Positions 8,801 to 15,733 of a stretch of 64,000 bases of DNA are shown here, in pieces; position 1 is the stretch's first letter; each line of letters starts with the position of its first letter. The notes below the pieces were generated by a model. It was not told the DNA's origin. It made no database searches and saw only the letters and a list, made by a program, of their open reading frames with translations. The translations under genes were made by a program, and so were the position numbers. Source of the DNA: Terriglobia bacterium (GTDB taxonomy: Bacteria > Acidobacteriota > Terriglobia > 20CM-2-55-15); assembly GCA_965263045.1 (NCBI GenBank), contig CBDHGK010000025.1, positions 14,368 to 78,367 on the forward strand, given 5' to 3'.

Positions 8801-11578
8801 GCGTCGCATGACGGGGAGAGCGCGTTCAGCTTCCGGGTGGCATTCAGCGAGGGGATCGATGTCAGTTACAAGACGGTGCGCGACGCGTCGTTCACGGTGA
8901 CGGGCGGTGACGTCACGCAGGCGAGCCGGGTCGACCGCCGCCGCGATCTGTGGAAGATCACCATCGAGCCGGCGTCGGACGAGGCGGTAACCGTCCGGCT
9001 GCCGGAGACGACCGACTGCGCCGCGAGCGGGGCGATCTGCACCGGCGATGGCCGGCCGCTGGCACACGTCTTGTCGGCGACGGTCGCCGGCCCGGCGGAT
9101 GAGTCGGACAGAAATACTGCGGCGGCGGGGGCGCCGACGATCAGCGGGACGCCGCAGGTCGGGGAGGCGCTGACCACCTCGACGTCGGACATCTCCGACG
9201 CCGACGGGCTGGACAATGCGAGCTTCGCCTACCAGTGGATCCGCGCGGGCGCCGACATTGGCGGGGCGACCGGATCGACCTACACGCCGGTGGCGGCCGA
9301 CGAGGGCACGAGGCTGAAAGTCCGGGTCCGCTTCACCGACGACGACGGCCACGAGGAGAGTCTCACCAGCGCGGCGACCGATGCCGTCGCCGCGCGGCCG
9401 GAGCCGCTGACGGCGACCTTCGAGGGCATGCCGGCCGAGCACAACGGCCAGGGGTCGTTCAGCTTCCGGATGGCGTTCAGTGAGGGGATCAGTATCAGCT
9501 ACAAGACGGTGCGCGACGCGTCGTTCAGGGTGACGGGCGGTGACGTCACGCAGGCGAGCCGGGTCGACGGCCGCCGCGACCTGTGGAAGATCACCATCAA
9601 GCCGGACTCGGACGAGGCGGTGACCGTCCGGCTGCCGGAGACGACCGACTGCGACGCGAGCGGGGCGATCTGCACCGGCGACGGCCGGGGGCTGTCGCAT
9701 TCGCTGTCGGCGACGGTCTCTGGACCGGTGGGCATCGCGGTGGCCGATGCGCGGGTGGACGAAGACGGCGGCGCGCGGCTGGCCTTCGCGGTGACGCTGA
9801 GCCGCGCGGCGAGCGGCACTGTGACGGTCGACTACGCGACGGCGAACGGCACGGCGACGGCGGGCACGGACTATACCGCCACCAGCGGCACGCTCCGCTT
9901 CGCGGCGGGCGAGCGGTCGAAGACGATCGATGTGACGGTGCTCGACGACGATCACGACGAGGGCGAAGAAACGTTGACCCTCCGGCTCTCGAACGCCTCC
10001 GGCGCACGGATCGCGGACGGCACGGCGACGGGGACGATCGAGAACACCGACCCGTTGCCGCGGGGGCTGATGGCGCGGTTCGGACGGGCGGTGGCCGTAC
10101 AGGTGGTCGAGCACGTCGAGGAACGCTTGCAGGCCGCGCGCGAGCCGGGCTTCCGGGGCCGGGTCGCCGGGCGGGAGCTGCGGCCGGGCATGGAGCGCGA
10201 CCTGGCGCTCGACTTTCTCCGCCAGCTCGGCGGGATGGCCGGCGCGCATCCGGGGGGCGCGAGTGTTCACGATCCGGTCACGGGCGCCTCGACCGGGGGA
10301 GCGGCCTCGCTCCGGACGCCGGGCCTCGCTCCGGACGCCGGGATGGCCACCATGCCCGATGGCGCTCTGAACCGTGGTGGATTCCCCGGTCTGGGACTCG
10401 GGGGGGACATGCTGACCGGGTCGGCCTTCACCCTGGACCGGGAAACGGGAACGGGCGGCGTCTTCTCGGTGTGGGGCCGGGGGGCGCGGTCGCACTTCAT
10501 GGGACGCGAGGGGCCACTGTCCCTCAACGGCGATGTGCGCACGACGATGGTCGGGGCGGACTACGCGAAGGGACCGCTGGTGACGGGCCTGTCGCTCGCG
10601 CATAGCCGCGGCCGGGGTGGCTACAACGGTGCCGACATCGGCGCGGTGGCCTCCTCGGTGACCGGCCTCTATCCCTGGCTGGGCTACCAGGCGACCGACC
10701 GCGTCACGGTCTGGGGCGTCACCGGTTACGGCAAGGGCGCCCTGAGCCTGACGCCGGAAGGCGCTTCGGCTCTTGAAAGCGGCCTGTCGATGGCGATGGC
10801 GGCGGCCGGCACACGCGGCGAGCTGCTCGGTGACGGCGGCGCGGACGGCTTCGGTCTGGCCTTCAAGGCGGACGCGCTCTGGGTGGGCACGGCCAGCGAT
10901 GGCATCGAGGGGCCGGATGGAAATCTGGCGGCGACCGCAGCGGCGGTGACCCGCTTCCGCACCGGGCTGGAAGGCTCCCGCGGCTTCAACTTCAGCGGGC
11001 TGGCGCTCAGGCCGAGTGTCGAGGTCGGGTTGCGGCACGACGGCGGGGACGCCGAGACGGGCGCGGGCATGGACATGGGCGGCGGGCTGGTGGTGTCGCA
11101 CCCGTTGCTGGGCCTGTCGGCTGACGTGCGGGTGCGGATGTTGCTGGTCCACCAGGCCGAAGGGTTCTCCGACCGGGGCGTGTCGATGGCGTTCAGCTTC
11201 GACCCGACACCGTCGACGCCGCTCGGGTTCATGGCGAAGCTGACCCCGTCCTGGGGCGGGCAGGCCGAAAGCGGCGCTGAAGCGCTCTGGGGCCGGGACA
11301 CCATGACCGGGATGGCGAACCGCGGCCATGCGGCCGGCGGGAGCCTGGCCGCCGATCTCAGCTACGGGATGGCGGTCGGGAGCCGCCTTGTCGGCACCCC
11401 GCGGATCGGCATCGGCACGTCCGAGTACGGGCGGGACTACCGGTTCGGTTACGGCCTCTCTGTATTGCAGGGCGGCGCCATGAGCTTCGAGTTGGGGCTA
11501 GATGGCCAACGGCGGGAGAGCCCGAGCGCCAACGGCGCGGATCACGCCATCGTCGCCCGCTTCACGGCGCGCTGGTAG
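5870..11578 (+). CDS. Giant repeat surface adhesin/autotransporter (2 SwmB-like + cadherin-like beta-sandwich units, 2 Calx-beta, Cys-pair repeats, C-terminal beta-barrel)
   Basis: DTTAPTLTSASV..FSEDLD..DAAGNEV repeats; TTTYTAMVASTVAEVTVT..TKTYTVTVNRAA; Calx-beta TATAGSDYTSTSGTLTFAPGE and TATAGTDYTATSGTLRFAAGE; amphipathic beta C-terminus ending in W. The true start lies upstream (see findings). Confidence 0.85.
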   Translation: MQAQDTTAPTLTSASVAARSGGTTTLSFSEDLDLSFVAALSPAARGAFSLTVNGAAQNIHGINGNFLGTNALDVIHSTIYTGQTVVVSYDQSAAGTDAIADAAGNEVVDFTTGSGGVPAVTNSSTQVAPPSTLSALVVNDGTVDLTLTPTFVSGTTTYTAMVASTVAEVTVTAMTTTSGELIEYLDGDDATLADAGTADGHQVVVAEGDNVIKVKVTASNGLTTKTYTVTVNRAAATDTTAPTLTSASVFRTGVPTTLWFSEDLDLPSGTVSATVYGAFSLTADGVQQEIQDLLRGFGTTGARSLIVHHPNIYSGQTVVVSYDQSAASADAIADAAGNEVADFTTGSGGVPAVVNNSTLPAPSTDATLSRLTVTGDRFHLVTFVSGTTTYTAMVASTVAEVTVTPTKNNTGATIEYLDGNDMTLADAGTAAGHQVTVAKGDNVIKVKVTASNGSTTKTYTVTVNRAAATDTTAPYDPNAGITMIDTHGAPLMGDPIRLTIREGYRGRYGFKLNTRPISAVWLAGFHLSIDHDPDGDPDVLVLPSTENVKAILPDEWETPFYVHIFAAFDDDEENGERYFLNRVNSRDRNYHGLILPDVIVVEDDRDDDAGALSVADANATEGEDDTLDFVVKLNRRPSQGLGREVTVYYRTQDGTATAGSDYTSTSGTLTFAPGEEKKTVSVPIMNNTVEDNGETETFMLMLSNASDAGFASFGQGAGQGAVGTIRNTEPLTATFPESVYASAQHKGPSDRPQVVVAFSAPVAAFGAKMPSVSVTGATVDVVQRLDKEGLENAYVFFLIPEGQQAIVFQLHANRACTGGGICRADRRRLSNSPSTTIPGPSEDSSQGGAAEPLTAAFEGLPEAHDGESAFTFRIVFSEAVSVTPEAMRTRVLTVAGGAVTGAARVDGESGAWAVSVTPDTREELSISLAPAADCAADGAVCTADGIALSIGAAAIVIGPGPETQTQPDLTAAFEGVPASHDGESAFSFRVAFSEGIDVSYKTVRDASFTVTGGDVTQASRVDRRRDLWKITIEPASDEAVTVRLPETTDCAASGAICTGDGRPLAHVLSATVAGPADESDRNTAAAGAPTISGTPQVGEALTTSTSDISDADGLDNASFAYQWIRAGADIGGATGSTYTPVAADEGTRLKVRVRFTDDDGHEESLTSAATDAVAARPEPLTATFEGMPAEHNGQGSFSFRMAFSEGISISYKTVRDASFRVTGGDVTQASRVDGRRDLWKITIKPDSDEAVTVRLPETTDCDASGAICTGDGRGLSHSLSATVSGPVGIAVADARVDEDGGARLAFAVTLSRAASGTVTVDYATANGTATAGTDYTATSGTLRFAAGERSKTIDVTVLDDDHDEGEETLTLRLSNASGARIADGTATGTIENTDPLPRGLMARFGRAVAVQVVEHVEERLQAAREPGFRGRVAGRELRPGMERDLALDFLRQLGGMAGAHPGGASVHDPVTGASTGGAASLRTPGLAPDAGMATMPDGALNRGGFPGLGLGGDMLTGSAFTLDRETGTGGVFSVWGRGARSHFMGREGPLSLNGDVRTTMVGADYAKGPLVTGLSLAHSRGRGGYNGADIGAVASSVTGLYPWLGYQATDRVTVWGVTGYGKGALSLTPEGASALESGLSMAMAAAGTRGELLGDGGADGFGLAFKADALWVGTASDGIEGPDGNLAATAAAVTRFRTGLEGSRGFNFSGLALRPSVEVGLRHDGGDAETGAGMDMGGGLVVSHPLLGLSADVRVRMLLVHQAEGFSDRGVSMAFSFDPTPSTPLGFMAKLTPSWGGQAESGAEALWGRDTMTGMANRGHAAGGSLAADLSYGMAVGSRLVGTPRIGIGTSEYGRDYRFGYGLSVLQGGAMSFELGLDGQRRESPSANGADHAIVARFTARW
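5882..7290 (+). repeat. Intragenic tandem duplication, ~697-bp unit x2
   Basis: GACACCACCGCGCC at 5882, 6581 and 7277; long near-identical blocks between units. Confidence 0.9.
8770..9725 (+). repeat. Two near-identical ~310-bp Cys-pair domain repeats
   Basis: SYKTVRDASF.VTGGDVTQASRVD.RRDLWKITI.P.SDEAVTVRLPETTDC.ASGAICTGDGR at ~8770-9090 and ~9405-9725. Confidence 0.9.
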
Positions 11579-11732
11579 GGCCGGCTTCAGGGCGGTGACC
11601 CGAGTGGACGGCGGTGCTGGGAAGGTCCTCCGGCCGACTGTTTCCCGTACCGTTCCGAGGCGGCCTGTCCACGCCCTGAACGCTTTCAATCCTGCAAGAC
11701 CCGCAAGAGGGCGACAGCTCCGGGGATGAACG

Positions 11733-12935
11733 ATGGTGCGTCACTACTCGACCCGGAGCTTCTTCCGGCAGATGCCGGCCGACTTGCTGGCGCGCTACTT
11801 CAAGCGCCGGGGGGTGCTGGCGGATTTCAACTTTGCGGGCCTGGAGGAAACCCCACCCGAAGCGTTGTTCGCGGCCTGGCTGGAGTTGCCCGAAGAGGAC
11901 CGCAACTCGATGGAGGCCGAGTTTCGCGAGATCTTCGAGTTGAGCTGCGAGAAGGGAGTCCTGGCCATTGTCGACGAAGCGCGCTGGCAGTGGCGGAACG
12001 ATCCCGGCCGGGTGAGGGCTTTCCTCGAAGCATCGTCCGCCCTGCCGGGCCACTACGACCGGGCCATGGTCACCTACCTCGATCACCCGGAATGCTGGAC
12101 CGGGGCCACCCGCTTCTATCATGCCGACGCCCTGCCCTACTGGCGCAAGCGCAAGAACCTGGGACACCGGACGGCGCTGGTGGACGCCGGCAGTCTCGAG
12201 CATCTGGCTGAGCTGATCCGAACCTACTTCCACTCGAGCGAGGGCCGGGGGAAGCACTGCGTGGTGGAATCCTACCGGCGCGGTGCGCTGGATTACTTCT
12301 TCGCCTATCCGGAGGACTACTCCCGGCAACAGATCGAATGGGTGGATGGCGCCTTCGGCCGGCGGCCCCACAATCCCGCCTTCGAGGTCGTCTTCGTCTA
12401 CTCGCGCGAGGAGGGCACGCTGGACCTCAACTTCGATGGACCGTACCGGTCCGTGGAGCCGCTCCACGGCATGTTCGCGACGGCGATTCTCAACCTGGAA
12501 CGGCCCCCGCCCGATCCCACCGACCAGAGCGTCTACGACCTGGGGCCGCTCGGAGGGCGGGGCTTTGGGTTCGTCTACGACATCGGCAGCAGGATCGAGA
12601 AGGTGAGGGTCATGAAACTGGGGTTGTCCTCCCTCGAGAGAGCGGGCGACCGGATCACGCTGGAAGCCGATGCGTCGGAGAATCCCGAGGCGGTCTACGA
12701 CCTGCTGGAACAGGTCGCCCCGGCGATGCCGTTCAATCGGTACCGCGTCTCCGCGGTGGAGCTGGCGGCCTGGATCGCGACGGACGCGGCGAAAACGGCC
12801 ACCCAGGTGCCAATCCGTATCGCCCACCCGAATTCCTGCTCGCTCAAATACGACGAGCGGGACCTGAAGCTGCGGGCGATGCTGGAAGCCTCCGGCATCG
12901 AACTCGAGGAACCGTCCGGGGAGGCTCCGGCATGA
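11733..12935 (+). CDS. Hypothetical protein (mobile-element associated)
   Basis: 400-aa ORF with strong GC3 codon bias; ATGA-coupled to the next gene. Confidence 0.8.
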   Translation: MVRHYSTRSFFRQMPADLLARYFKRRGVLADFNFAGLEETPPEALFAAWLELPEEDRNSMEAEFREIFELSCEKGVLAIVDEARWQWRNDPGRVRAFLEASSALPGHYDRAMVTYLDHPECWTGATRFYHADALPYWRKRKNLGHRTALVDAGSLEHLAELIRTYFHSSEGRGKHCVVESYRRGALDYFFAYPEDYSRQQIEWVDGAFGRRPHNPAFEVVFVYSREEGTLDLNFDGPYRSVEPLHGMFATAILNLERPPPDPTDQSVYDLGPLGGRGFGFVYDIGSRIEKVRVMKLGLSSLERAGDRITLEADASENPEAVYDLLEQVAPAMPFNRYRVSAVELAAWIATDAAKTATQVPIRIAHPNSCSLKYDERDLKLRAMLEASGIELEEPSGEAPA

Positions 12936-13744
12936 GACCCCGTGCCACGAGTCCGGAGGCCGTCCTGATCGAGGTGCTCGACCGGGTCGCCGGTTCCCGG
13001 GATTACACAATCCGGATCAGCGCCCGTGAACTGGCCGGCTGGCCGGCCGATGCGGTGGCGGCCCTGAAGTCCCAGCGGCTCCTGCGCCGGTCGCGCCCCG
13101 CCACCAGCGTCGTATGTCCGGGATGCGAGCAGCAGTGCGGCATGCCGGTGTACACGGTGGTGGGTCCGGGCGCATCGGCCGGGCAGACCGACCGATGGAG
13201 CTTCATCGTCTGCGACAAGCGCGACGATATCAACCGGGTCACTGTGGAACCGGATCGACTGACCCAGTGGCAATCCAGCCCCGATGCCGTCTGCGATTTC
13301 GTGGCCGGCTGTCTCGGGTTGCGGGCGGGCGGCAAACGCATCGGCCGGGCCGGACTGATGGAAATCGGCATGGCCAGCGGCCGGAAGCGTCGCCAGATGC
13401 TCTGCCTCCGCGCAGACCGGGAATTGGAACTGGTAGCGGGAGACGGCGCCGTCGCCCTGGCCGAGGTGGTCGAATTCAACCGAGGCCGCTACGGATTGAA
13501 GAAGGCCCGGCTCCGCCGGCTCGTCGACACCGCCGCCCTGGCCGACGCCCGCTACACGCCGAGCCGGGCCGGGTGGGCCGCCCGCAAGCGGGCCACCCAG
13601 GCCCGGGATCAAGCCTTGAGAGAAGCCTGCCTGCAGCTGAAACGGGAACGCCCGGGCATGACCGGCGCCTGGTACGCCCAGCAGATCGCCAAGCGCGACG
13701 TTGCTGGTGGCCTCAGCCCGGAAACCATCCGCAAGAAGATATAA
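12932..13744 (+). CDS. Hypothetical protein with CxxCxxxC..C motif and C-terminal HTH-like segment
   Basis: Start MRPRATSPE at the ATGA overlap; CPGCEQQC...CDKRD; C-terminal WYAQQIAKRDVAGGLSPETIRKKI. Confidence 0.75.
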   Translation: MRPRATSPEAVLIEVLDRVAGSRDYTIRISARELAGWPADAVAALKSQRLLRRSRPATSVVCPGCEQQCGMPVYTVVGPGASAGQTDRWSFIVCDKRDDINRVTVEPDRLTQWQSSPDAVCDFVAGCLGLRAGGKRIGRAGLMEIGMASGRKRRQMLCLRADRELELVAGDGAVALAEVVEFNRGRYGLKKARLRRLVDTAALADARYTPSRAGWAARKRATQARDQALREACLQLKRERPGMTGAWYAQQIAKRDVAGGLSPETIRKKI

Positions 13745-13799
13745 CAACAGTAACAAATAGAAATACAGCTATAAATAATGGAATAAGAGTCGAAAAAAG

Positions 13800-13822
13800 T
13801 TGGGCGGAAACTTTCCGCCCAA
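13800..13822. promoter_or_regulatory. Perfect 11-bp-arm palindrome, candidate operator
   Basis: TTGGGCGGAAA-C-TTTCCGCCCAA in the AT-rich intergenic region upstream of the alpA-like gene. Confidence 0.45.
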
Positions 13823-13998
13823 ACGGCACCTTCTGTAACGCCCTCCTTTTAAAAGACTTAAATGCCCCTTTTTCTGCCGGAACGGGTTTTTCCGCCCGTC
13901 TGTAATTTCATAGTCTGTTGATCCCATTGAAGTTACCGGAATCCTACATGTCGTTTTTCGCACTTTAATCGCCCAAATCGCCCAGCTAAGCTCGGGTC

Positions 13999-14202
13999 GT
14001 GATGAAGGAAATCCGCGACTCAGGTATCCGCCTACCGACCCGCATTCTGAGACTGCAGCCCGTCCGGGCCCGCACGGGCCTGGCGCGCAACACGATCTTC
14101 CCGCGCATTGCCCAGGGCCGTTTCCCAAGGCTCATTTCCCTGGGCGAGCGGGCCTTGGCTTCGCTTACGCGGGAGTTACCGGCTCAGGAGATTGAACGGT
14201 GA
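13999..14202 (+). CDS. alpA: AlpA-family regulator/excisionase-like, possibly degenerate
   Basis: RILRLQPVRARTGLARNTIFPRIAQGRFPRLISLGERA; the usual C-terminal W..SE motif is absent. Confidence 0.7.
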   Translation: MMKEIRDSGIRLPTRILRLQPVRARTGLARNTIFPRIAQGRFPRLISLGERALASLTRELPAQEIER

Positions 14203-14741
14203 GGGATGACGCGGGACTGCGGGCCGCACTCCGAAAGCTCATCGAAGACGAGGTGCAGCAACAGCTCACTCAATATCGCGGTGTGGTGAATGCCGAGCTG
14301 TCGGTCATCGGCAAGAAATTGAAAACCGATATGGAAAAGGTCAATGGCCATTTCACATCCCTGGCAAACGACATCCTTACATCAAACAAATTGAGAGTCG
14401 CACAGGGGATTGAGCAAGCCCAGGGCATCGTCGGAACGTGGGTCCGGGCCATTCTCTTCGGCGCTTTCATTCTCGCCGGAGTGGTCGCCGCCGCGTGGTT
14501 CGCTATCGCCTGGACCGAACAGCAATTCAGATGGCAGGTGGCGAAAAGCGCGGAGATCGCCGAACGGATCGCCGCTCAAGAGGACACCCTGGACCGCCTC
14601 AATCGTAGGACCGGCGGCCTTCTACTGACCGACAGAGACAGCGACGGTCACTGCTTCGTCCTGTTTCCATCCGACGCCGATGTGACAACCATTGGGCGCG
14701 CACAGGACCGCCCCGCTGTGGAAGTTGCATGCGATGAGTGA
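14199..14741 (+). CDS. MbeB/MobB-like membrane-anchored mobilisation accessory protein
   Basis: Coiled N-terminus, one TM segment, then IAAQEDTLDRLNRRTGGLLL...GHCFVLFP resembling the MbeB C-terminal motif. Confidence 0.5.
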   Translation: MRDDAGLRAALRKLIEDEVQQQLTQYRGVVNAELSVIGKKLKTDMEKVNGHFTSLANDILTSNKLRVAQGIEQAQGIVGTWVRAILFGAFILAGVVAAAWFAIAWTEQQFRWQVAKSAEIAERIAAQEDTLDRLNRRTGGLLLTDRDSDGHCFVLFPSDADVTTIGRAQDRPAVEVACDE

Positions 14742-15504
14742 GCGAGAGAGCAACGCCCGGCGCGAGATCAAGGAAGCCTCCATTGGGGGTCTGGCGCACA
14801 AGCTCAAGGACACGGCCCCTCAACAGGCCGACGCTTCCGAGGAAGGCCAGGGACCGGCAGGTGAGGCGCCGGATCGAGACGTGCCCGCGGATAACGCGGC
14901 CCCTCAACAGGCCGACGCTTCCGAGGAAGGCCAGGGACCGGCGGGTGAGGCACCGGATCGGAAGCAAGAGATTTTCCAATTGCTACAGCGCGCGATCGAG
15001 GGAAACGAAGACGCCGAGGCGGTGGCCCAGAAATTGGGCGCCAGGCGGAATGCTCAACTGATGGAGGCGGCGGTTGAAATTGATCTGTTTGAACGCAAGA
15101 GCGCAACGGCCATACGCGAGCTGATGCAATCGTTGACCGCGGCGCAAACGCTGCTCAACCGCGCGTTTGAGGATTCCCAGGGAAAGAACAATTTTCAAGA
15201 AGCGATCACGGCATACGAGCGGATCAAATCCCGTTTTTGGGACAGCCTGGCGGAGTTCTTTAACGACGAACTGGAACAGATCCAGGACGAATTGCACTAC
15301 GAGCTGCACACCCTCAAAGAAAACTACCGCGACGAGATCCGCGCCTTGATGTCGGGGAAGACCGCGCCGGTGTCTTTTCAGCAGCGTGTCGTCCGCGAAA
15401 AGTGGCTCCTTGTCGCCGCGTTGATTGCCGGCGTGGCCCTGGGGAGCGCCCTTGTCTCGATCGAAGCATTTTGGGGAAGCATGGCGAGTCTTTTGCATCC
15501 CTAA
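14734..15504 (+). CDS. Hypothetical coiled-coil protein with C-terminal TM segment
   Basis: ATG 14734 overlaps the previous gene; helical composition; KWLLVAALIAGVALGSALV TM. Confidence 0.65.
   Translation: MSERESNARREIKEASIGGLAHKLKDTAPQQADASEEGQGPAGEAPDRDVPADNAAPQQADASEEGQGPAGEAPDRKQEIFQLLQRAIEGNEDAEAVAQKLGARRNAQLMEAAVEIDLFERKSATAIRELMQSLTAAQTLLNRAFEDSQGKNNFQEAITAYERIKSRFWDSLAEFFNDELEQIQDELHYELHTLKENYRDEIRALMSGKTAPVSFQQRVVREKWLLVAALIAGVALGSALVSIEAFWGSMASLLHP
14813..14960 (+). repeat. 64-bp direct repeat, 84-bp period, in frame
   Basis: 14813-14876 and 14897-14960 both encode APQQADASEEGQGPAGEAPDR. Confidence 0.95.
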
Positions 15505-15532
15505 ACGTGACGACGCACATAGGAGGAAGCCC

Positions 15533-15733
15533 ATGCCAGGCAGCAGTGAATCCCGGGTTCGACGTATCCGGGTGGCCACGACGCCGGAGGAATTCAACGC
15601 ATGCTTCGCCAGCGGCGAGGCGTTCGAGGCATCCCACGAGCTGGCCGCACAGATGGGGTTTTCCCCCACCACCGGGGACGTTGTCAGCAACGAAGAGTTC
15701 TTCGGGCCGCCCGATGACGGGGAGGGCGATTAA
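15533..15733 (+). CDS. Small acidic hypothetical protein
   Basis: AGGAGG RBS at ~15521, ATG 15533; stop abuts the ATG of the ankyrin gene. Confidence 0.6.
   Translation: MPGSSESRVRRIRVATTPEEFNACFASGEAFEASHELAAQMGFSPTTGDVVSNEEFFGPPDDGEGD

Noticed and set aside
8639-11329. 896-aa minus-strand ORF (also 6746..8302, 11562..13010, 16769..18565, 21022..22653)
   Set aside because: Antisense shadows of well-supported plus-strand genes in high-GC DNA; low-complexity Arg/Ala/Pro sequence with no motifs.
12338-12931. N-terminal extension of the 468-aa ORF
   Set aside because: Overlaps the 11733..12935 gene; the plausible start is the coupled ATG at 12932.
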